A DNA stretch of 63,992 bases, filler included, from Gemmatimonadota bacterium (lineage in GTDB: Bacteria; 4572-55; J002): the NCBI GenBank assembly GCA_003697105.1. It is 6 parts of 6 records of this genome, joined end to end, with 100 filler letters (N's around TTAATTAATTAA, not from the genome) between each part and the next. Parts side by side here need not be neighbours in the genome. Positions count along the whole stretch, not along the records: positions 49,200 to 59,781 come from RFFQ01000195.1; positions 59,882 to 63,992 come from RFFQ01000199.1; 4 more parts are not named here. The stretch is one strand, 5' to 3'. The notes below the pieces were generated by a model, which searched no databases, was not told where the DNA came from, and saw nothing but the letters and a program-made list of their open reading frames with translations. Position numbers and translations under genes: made by a program. This document shows positions 59,591-63,992 of the stretch, piece after piece; positions within the stretch are counted from its first letter, which is position 1; the number at the start of each line of letters is the position of its first letter.

Positions 59591-59706
59591 GTAGAGACGT
59601 TGCATTGCAACGTCTCTACGGAATCCCACCGCATTGCAACGTCTCTACGGAATCCCACCACATTGCAACGTCTCTACGGAATTCCACCGCATTGCAACGT
59701 CTCTAC
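59591..59706. repeat. GTAG-type REP palindrome followed by three 29-nt tandem half-REP units
   Basis: Perfect 14+1+14 palindrome GTAGAGACGTTGCATTGCAACGTCTCTAC (59591-59619), then GGAATYCCACCRCATTGCAACGTCTCTAC three times. Confidence 0.9.
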
Positions 59707-59743
59707 GCCAACACCAACAACCTGCCCTATCTGTTGATGTGAA

Positions 59744-59781
59744 ATGACCCGTTTTAAAGACAAATACCGCATCGAAACCAC
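59744..59781 (+). mobile_element. 5' end of a probable REP-associated tyrosine transposase (RAYT), cut by the contig end
   Basis: MTRFKDKYRIET resembles the (K)FKxKYRIxS/T N-terminus of one RAYT group and lies directly after the REPs. Only 12 codons are visible. Confidence 0.55.
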
Positions 59782-59881
59782 NNNNNNNNNNNNNNNNNNN
59801 NNNNNNNNNNNNNNNNNNNNNNNNNTTAATTAATTAANNNNNNNNNNNNNNNNNNNNNNNNNNNNNNNNNNNNNNNNNNNN
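59782..59881. other. Artificial contig linker
   Basis: N44-TTAATTAATTAA-N44. Confidence 0.98.
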
Positions 59882-59972
59882 GCACACCAACCCCTTCATC
59901 TTGCAGTAGAAGATTTCCAATGCCTAATACCAAAAGATTAGGCTTCCCCTTTGAGGCGGGATTCTTTGACAA
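59882..59972 (-). CDS. hyaD: Hydrogenase maturation protease, N-terminal fragment
   Basis: LLVLGIGNLLLQDEGVGV motif; GGAGG RBS before TTG 59972. Confidence 0.85.
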
Positions 59973-60636
59973 ATTTCCATCCTCCAACCATGGATGAGGT
60001 GGTGCCACGACCCTCAATGTAATCATGGTAGGCCACCAGATAGACATGAATGAGGACGAACACAATGAAAAACCACATGAACGTATGGTGCCATTGCCGC
60101 ACAGCAAATTCCCCACCCATCAAGGCGACCACCCAAGTAAATTGTTGCGGCAACCACGCGCTACTCATGCTGGAATAGAGCGCAAATCCGGTTATCGCCT
60201 GAAATAAAAAGACAAGAAACGAGATAAAATAGATAAACCCCGCCAGCATGTTATGCCCCACATGGATTTCCCCTTTTAAGGACGTCTGCAACACATCCAC
60301 CTTTAAGACCTCCCACATCTCCTTGAATTGAGCGGCTTTGTGGGGGATAAAATTTGTCCAGCGGGCATACCGGTTGCCCACGAAACCCCAGTAAATTCGA
60401 AACATAAAATTGAAAAAAAAGATGAATGCGGTCACAAAGTGAAGAAACCGTACCGTTCCAAACCAATACTGCTGGTAGGCTTCCGTAGAGTAGGAGATGC
60501 TGACCGGATTCCCGATGAGAAAGCCGGTGATAATCAGAATAAACACACAAAGGGCATTCACCCAATGGTAAAACCGGACGGGTAGTTCCCAGACGTAAAC
60601 CCGTTTGTAGGACGGGGCGGTTTGGACATCAGCCAT
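59938..60636 (-). CDS. hyaC: [NiFe]-hydrogenase b-type cytochrome subunit
   Basis: YVWELPVRFYHW, RFLHF, GHN, heme-ligand His residues, SSMVGGWK. Confidence 0.93.
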   Translation of the reverse strand: MADVQTAPSYKRVYVWELPVRFYHWVNALCVFILIITGFLIGNPVSISYSTEAYQQYWFGTVRFLHFVTAFIFFFNFMFRIYWGFVGNRYARWTNFIPHKAAQFKEMWEVLKVDVLQTSLKGEIHVGHNMLAGFIYFISFLVFLFQAITGFALYSSMSSAWLPQQFTWVVALMGGEFAVRQWHHTFMWFFIVFVLIHVYLVAYHDYIEGRGTTSSMVGGWKFVKESRLKGEA

Positions 60637-60653
60637 AGTATCGTGCCTCCTTC

Positions 60654-62372
60654 CTAATAAAACCGGATGTTCTGAATGTGCTTGCCCGCCGGATCATACA
60701 GGTGAACCGCACATGCTAAACAGGGATCAAATGAATGGATGGTGCGGATGATTTCCAGCGGGATATTCTGATCGGCGACCGGCGTACCAATAAGCGCCTC
60801 TTCATAGGCGGATCGTTGCCCCTTGGGGTCTTTTGGCGAGCCGTTCCACGTGGTCGGGACTACCAGTTGGTAATTATCAATTTTTTTATCTTTGATTTTG
60901 ATCCAGTGGGCTAATGCTCCGCGCGGTGCTTCGGTCATGCCGACCCCTTCCGCCGTTTGGGGCCACGTATCGGGATCCCACTTATCGGGGGTAAAGGTGC
61001 GGGTTTCGCCAGCTTTGATGTTGCCAACGAGTTCATCGTAAAATCCCTTTAACCAATGGACGGCAAGGCGGGCTTCCAAACCGCGGGCGGCGGTTCGCCC
61101 CAAGGTGGAAAATAACGCTTCCGGTCCCACATCCAAGCGGGCTAATGCTTCCCCAACCACTTCTTTTACCTCCTCATGCCCCTGAGCATACGCCACTAAC
61201 AACCGGGCGAGGGGTCCCACCTCCATCGCGTGACCCTTCCAGCGAGGGGTTTTGAGAAACGAGTATTTTTCATCGACATTCAGATAATCGTAAGGGGGTG
61301 TTGGACCCGTGTAATTGAGTTGGGTTTCGCCGTTCCACGGGTGCAACCCGGTGCCATCTCCCCCCGTGTAGCGATACCACGAATGGGCGATGTACTCTTT
61401 GATCTCTTCCGTATCGCGCGCATTGACCTCATGTACCTCATTTAAGTTCCGGTTCAGGATTGCCCCGCGGGGGAACTTAAAGGAATCGATGTCATTGTAA
61501 CTTCGGGTGGGCAGGTCGCCGTACGATAAATAATTGGATACGCCCCCGCCGATACTCGCCCAATCTTTGTAAAATCCGGCAACCGCCAACAGATCAGGGA
61601 TGTAAACGTGTTCCACAAATTGGATCGCCTCCGTGATCAGCCGCCCCACCAGATTGAGCCGCTCTGCGTTAATGGCATTGACTTCGTCCATATTGAAGGA
61701 ACAGGGTACGCCACCAACCAGATAATTCGGATGCGGATTTTTACCCCCGAACACCGCGTGAATTTTAACGATTTCCTTTTGCCATTCCAAGGCTTCCAGA
61801 TAGTGCGCCACCCCAATCAGGTTGACTTCAGGTGGCAGTTTGTACTGGGGATGCCCCCAGTAGCCATTGGCAAAAATACCCAGTTGCCCGCTTTCCACAA
61901 AGGTTTTGATCCGGTCTTGTACGGCTTTGAAGTACGCCGGGGAGGTTTTGGGCCACTTCGAGATCGAACGGGCTATTTTTGAGGTTTCCACGGGATCCGC
62001 CGATAGTACACTCACCACATCGACCCAATCCAGCGCATGCAGGTGATAAAAATGAATCACATGATCCTGTACCATCAGGGTGCAGTACATGATATTCCGT
62101 ACCAGCTCGGCATTTTTGGGCACGGTGATGCCCAGCGCGTCTTCCACCGTGCGGACACTTGCCAGCGCATGGACGGTTGTACAGACCCCGCACACGCGCT
62201 GGGTAAATGCCCATGCGTCCCGCGGGTCACGCCCAATGAGGATTTTTTCCAATCCCCGAACCATAGTACCGGCACTATAGGCTTCGGTAATCCGTCCATT
62301 TTCGACAACGGCTTCTATCCGCAGATGTCCTTCAATGCGGGTGACCGGATCCACAACAATGCGTTTTGCCAT
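60654..62372 (-). CDS. hyaB: [NiFe]-hydrogenase large subunit, group 1 (1d-like)
   Basis: DPVTRIEGH, L1 motif QRVCGVCTTVH, L2 motif SFDPCLACAVH plus a cleavable tail. Confidence 0.95.
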   Translation of the reverse strand: MAKRIVVDPVTRIEGHLRIEAVVENGRITEAYSAGTMVRGLEKILIGRDPRDAWAFTQRVCGVCTTVHALASVRTVEDALGITVPKNAELVRNIMYCTLMVQDHVIHFYHLHALDWVDVVSVLSADPVETSKIARSISKWPKTSPAYFKAVQDRIKTFVESGQLGIFANGYWGHPQYKLPPEVNLIGVAHYLEALEWQKEIVKIHAVFGGKNPHPNYLVGGVPCSFNMDEVNAINAERLNLVGRLITEAIQFVEHVYIPDLLAVAGFYKDWASIGGGVSNYLSYGDLPTRSYNDIDSFKFPRGAILNRNLNEVHEVNARDTEEIKEYIAHSWYRYTGGDGTGLHPWNGETQLNYTGPTPPYDYLNVDEKYSFLKTPRWKGHAMEVGPLARLLVAYAQGHEEVKEVVGEALARLDVGPEALFSTLGRTAARGLEARLAVHWLKGFYDELVGNIKAGETRTFTPDKWDPDTWPQTAEGVGMTEAPRGALAHWIKIKDKKIDNYQLVVPTTWNGSPKDPKGQRSAYEEALIGTPVADQNIPLEIIRTIHSFDPCLACAVHLYDPAGKHIQNIRFY

Positions 62373-63465
62373 TAGATTTCACCTCCTTCGACAGATTCTT
62401 CGCGATGTTCATCAATTAATGATTTTTTCCGGATATTGGTGGTAATGGCATGGGCGGTGATGCCCACCGCCGTGGCAACCCCTACCACTTTGCCAATGGT
62501 ATCCGCTGTGGATTCAATGCCAAAGCCCGGAAATGACGCCAAATGCTGGTAAAACGGCCCATTGTCCCAAAATTTGTCTTCACTACAGCCAATACATCCG
62601 TGACCCGATTGGATCGGGTAACTGACCCCGCCGTTCCACTTTGTCACCGCACAGGCGTTATAGGTGACGGGACCCCGGCAACCCATCTTATACAGACAAT
62701 ACCCCTTGCGAGCTTTATCATCATCCCACGATTCCACAAACATCCCGGCATCATAATACGGGCGACGATAGCAGGTGTCGTGCACGCGCCGCGCGTAAAA
62801 CGCTTTGGGACGCCCGCGTGAGTCTAATTCCGGCGTTCGCCCGTAAACCAGTAAATGGGTGACCACCCCCGTCATGACATCGGCGATAGGAGGACACCCC
62901 GGTACATTGATGACCGGCTTGTTCAAAATCTGGTGAACCGGCGTGGCACCGGTTGGGTTGGGTTTTGCGTTTTGAACACAGCCAAAGGAAGCACAACTTC
63001 CCCAAGCGATTACAGCAGCGGCATCCTGGGTGACATCTAGCAGAATGTCCTTTGCCGTGCGTCCGCCAATACAACAATACACCCCATCATTTGCCAACGG
63101 TACAGAACCCTCCACCAACACAATGTATTTGCCCGCGTAAGTTTTCATGGTATCATGCAGACATTTTTCCGCTTGATGACCCGATGCCGCTTGCAATGTT
63201 TCCGTGTAATCCAGCGAAAGGACATCAAAGACAATATCCGCTACAACCGGATGCGACGAACGGATAAAGGACTCGCTACAACAGGTACATTCCTGAAAAT
63301 GCAACCATAATACCGGCGGGCGGGGCGTATGCTCAAACGCCGCAACCACCGTGTTAAGCCCACTGGCTTCAATACCGGCGATGGACGCCGCAAAGGCACA
63401 AAAACGCAGAAAATCCCGGCGAGAGTAGCCTTTTTCCTGCATCGTAGCCCAATAGAAGTGGACAT
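62372..63465 (-). CDS. hyaA: [NiFe]-hydrogenase small subunit with Tat signal; start ambiguous (in-frame ATG 63442, or RBS-linked ATG 63465 that is out of frame by 1 nt)
   Basis: SRRDFL Tat motif, ECTCCSES, WGSCASFGCVQ, VPGCPP, HDTCYRR, CLYKMGCRGP, GCIGC, C-terminal TM. Confidence 0.92.
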
Positions 63466-63615
63466 CGGCAACTCCTTTCTTTGTGAGGGAGGAAAATAGC
63501 AATGATTTTGTGGAAACTATGCGCGTCTTGGTAGGTTCGGATGGTGACCCATCCGGTGCAGAAAATGATCCCTGATTGGTGCTGAAGTAATCGATATATA
63601 TATCAATTTTGCGCG

Positions 63616-63645
63616 ATTATACTACGCCTAAAATCGCATTGTCAA
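63616..63645 (-). promoter_or_regulatory. Sigma70-type promoter of the hydrogenase operon
   Basis: Consensus TTGACA-N18-TATAAT on the minus strand; near-palindrome TCGATATATATATCAA (63591-63606) just downstream. Confidence 0.65.
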
Positions 63646-63826
63646 GAACTTTTTTGGCAATGTGAATTTTCGAGGCGCCCTCTTCAATCCCCCCAACTAC
63701 AAACCGGCCAAAGATTACCCGCTGGGAGATGGTTTTAACAAATAATGCCCGTAAAACGATTCTAATCTTTTTTAAAATGATAAAAATTAGTTAATTTATT
63801 GATAATAAATGGGTTATTGACCTACT

Positions 63827-63992
63827 ATTCCGAATCCAGATAAGCGCGAAGGGGCATTGAAACACATTATCGGTAGAGGCGTTGCAATGCAACGTCTCTA
63901 CGGGGGTATCCTATCGAATCCAGATAAGCGCGAAGGGGCATTGAAACACATTATCGGTAGAGGCGTTGCAATGCAACGTCTCTACGGGGGTA
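63827..63992 (+). repeat. 84-nt tandem unit: CRISPR-like 37-mer ending ATTGAAAC plus a REP-containing 47-mer (two copies visible)
   Basis: 63831-63908 is identical to 63915-63992. REP GTAGAGGCGTTGCAATGCAACGTCTCTAC lies at 63873-63901 and 63957-63985; an AT-rich stretch lies upstream. Confidence 0.85.

Noticed and set aside
59591-59706. 29-nt periodic repeat as a CRISPR array
   Set aside because: The intervening ~12-nt segments are nearly identical and too short for spacers, and the unit is half of a REP palindrome.
14448-59881. Five recurring TTAATTAATTAA motifs flanked by N-runs
   Set aside because: These are artificial all-frame-stop contig linkers. ORFs ending in XXXLIN and any synteny across them are artefacts.
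60654-60740. Possible [NiFeSe] hydrogenase
   Set aside because: The L2 motif is DPCLAC with ordinary Cys codons and no in-frame TGA.
63591-63606. FNR box upstream of the hydrogenase operon
   Set aside because: Half-sites are separated by 6 nt rather than 4, with one mismatch; kept only as an unassigned palindrome.

Overview
Draft bacterial sequence made of six contig pieces joined by artificial 100-nt linkers (N44-TTAATTAATTAA-N44 at 14448, 21769, 44714, 49100 and 59782), so adjacency across linkers is not biological evidence. Gene content (sprA, a T9SS-type C-terminal sorting domain, lipid A acyltransferase, lptC, spt) points to a diderm, probably FCB-superphylum bacterium; this is an inference. 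Piece 1 holds an acyl-CoA synthetase and a tandem array of five histidine kinases. Three are cytoplasmic TPR kinases, one of them frameshifted, and there is a remnant of a sixth. The block is bracketed by matching 24-bp TA-terminated inverted repeats that look like IS ends, i.e. a candidate composite transposon. Piece 2: pfkA, NlpC/P60, a ferredoxin plus archaeal-like geranylgeranyl reductase, an RND adaptor and an epimerase. Piece 3: a dockerin protein, GH84, yebC-ruvC-ruvA, LysM lipoproteins, RR-lpxL-lptC-HK-spt, pdp, sprA (with a sigma54-like promoter), thiN, a subtilase and an XRE regulator. Piece 4: a cohesin/T9SS cargo fragment, rsgA, glycosyltransferases and a sulfotransferase fragment. 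Piece 5: a degenerate CheA-like protein, O-methyltransferase, arsN2, TPR-transglutaminase and vWA genes, alaS with a ~150-aa insertion, and REP repeats with the start of a RAYT gene. Piece 6: a membrane-bound [NiFe]-hydrogenase operon with the O2-tolerance signature, then an AT-rich leader and CRISPR-like repeats whose 'spacer' contains a REP palindrome. No rRNA or tRNA genes were recognised.
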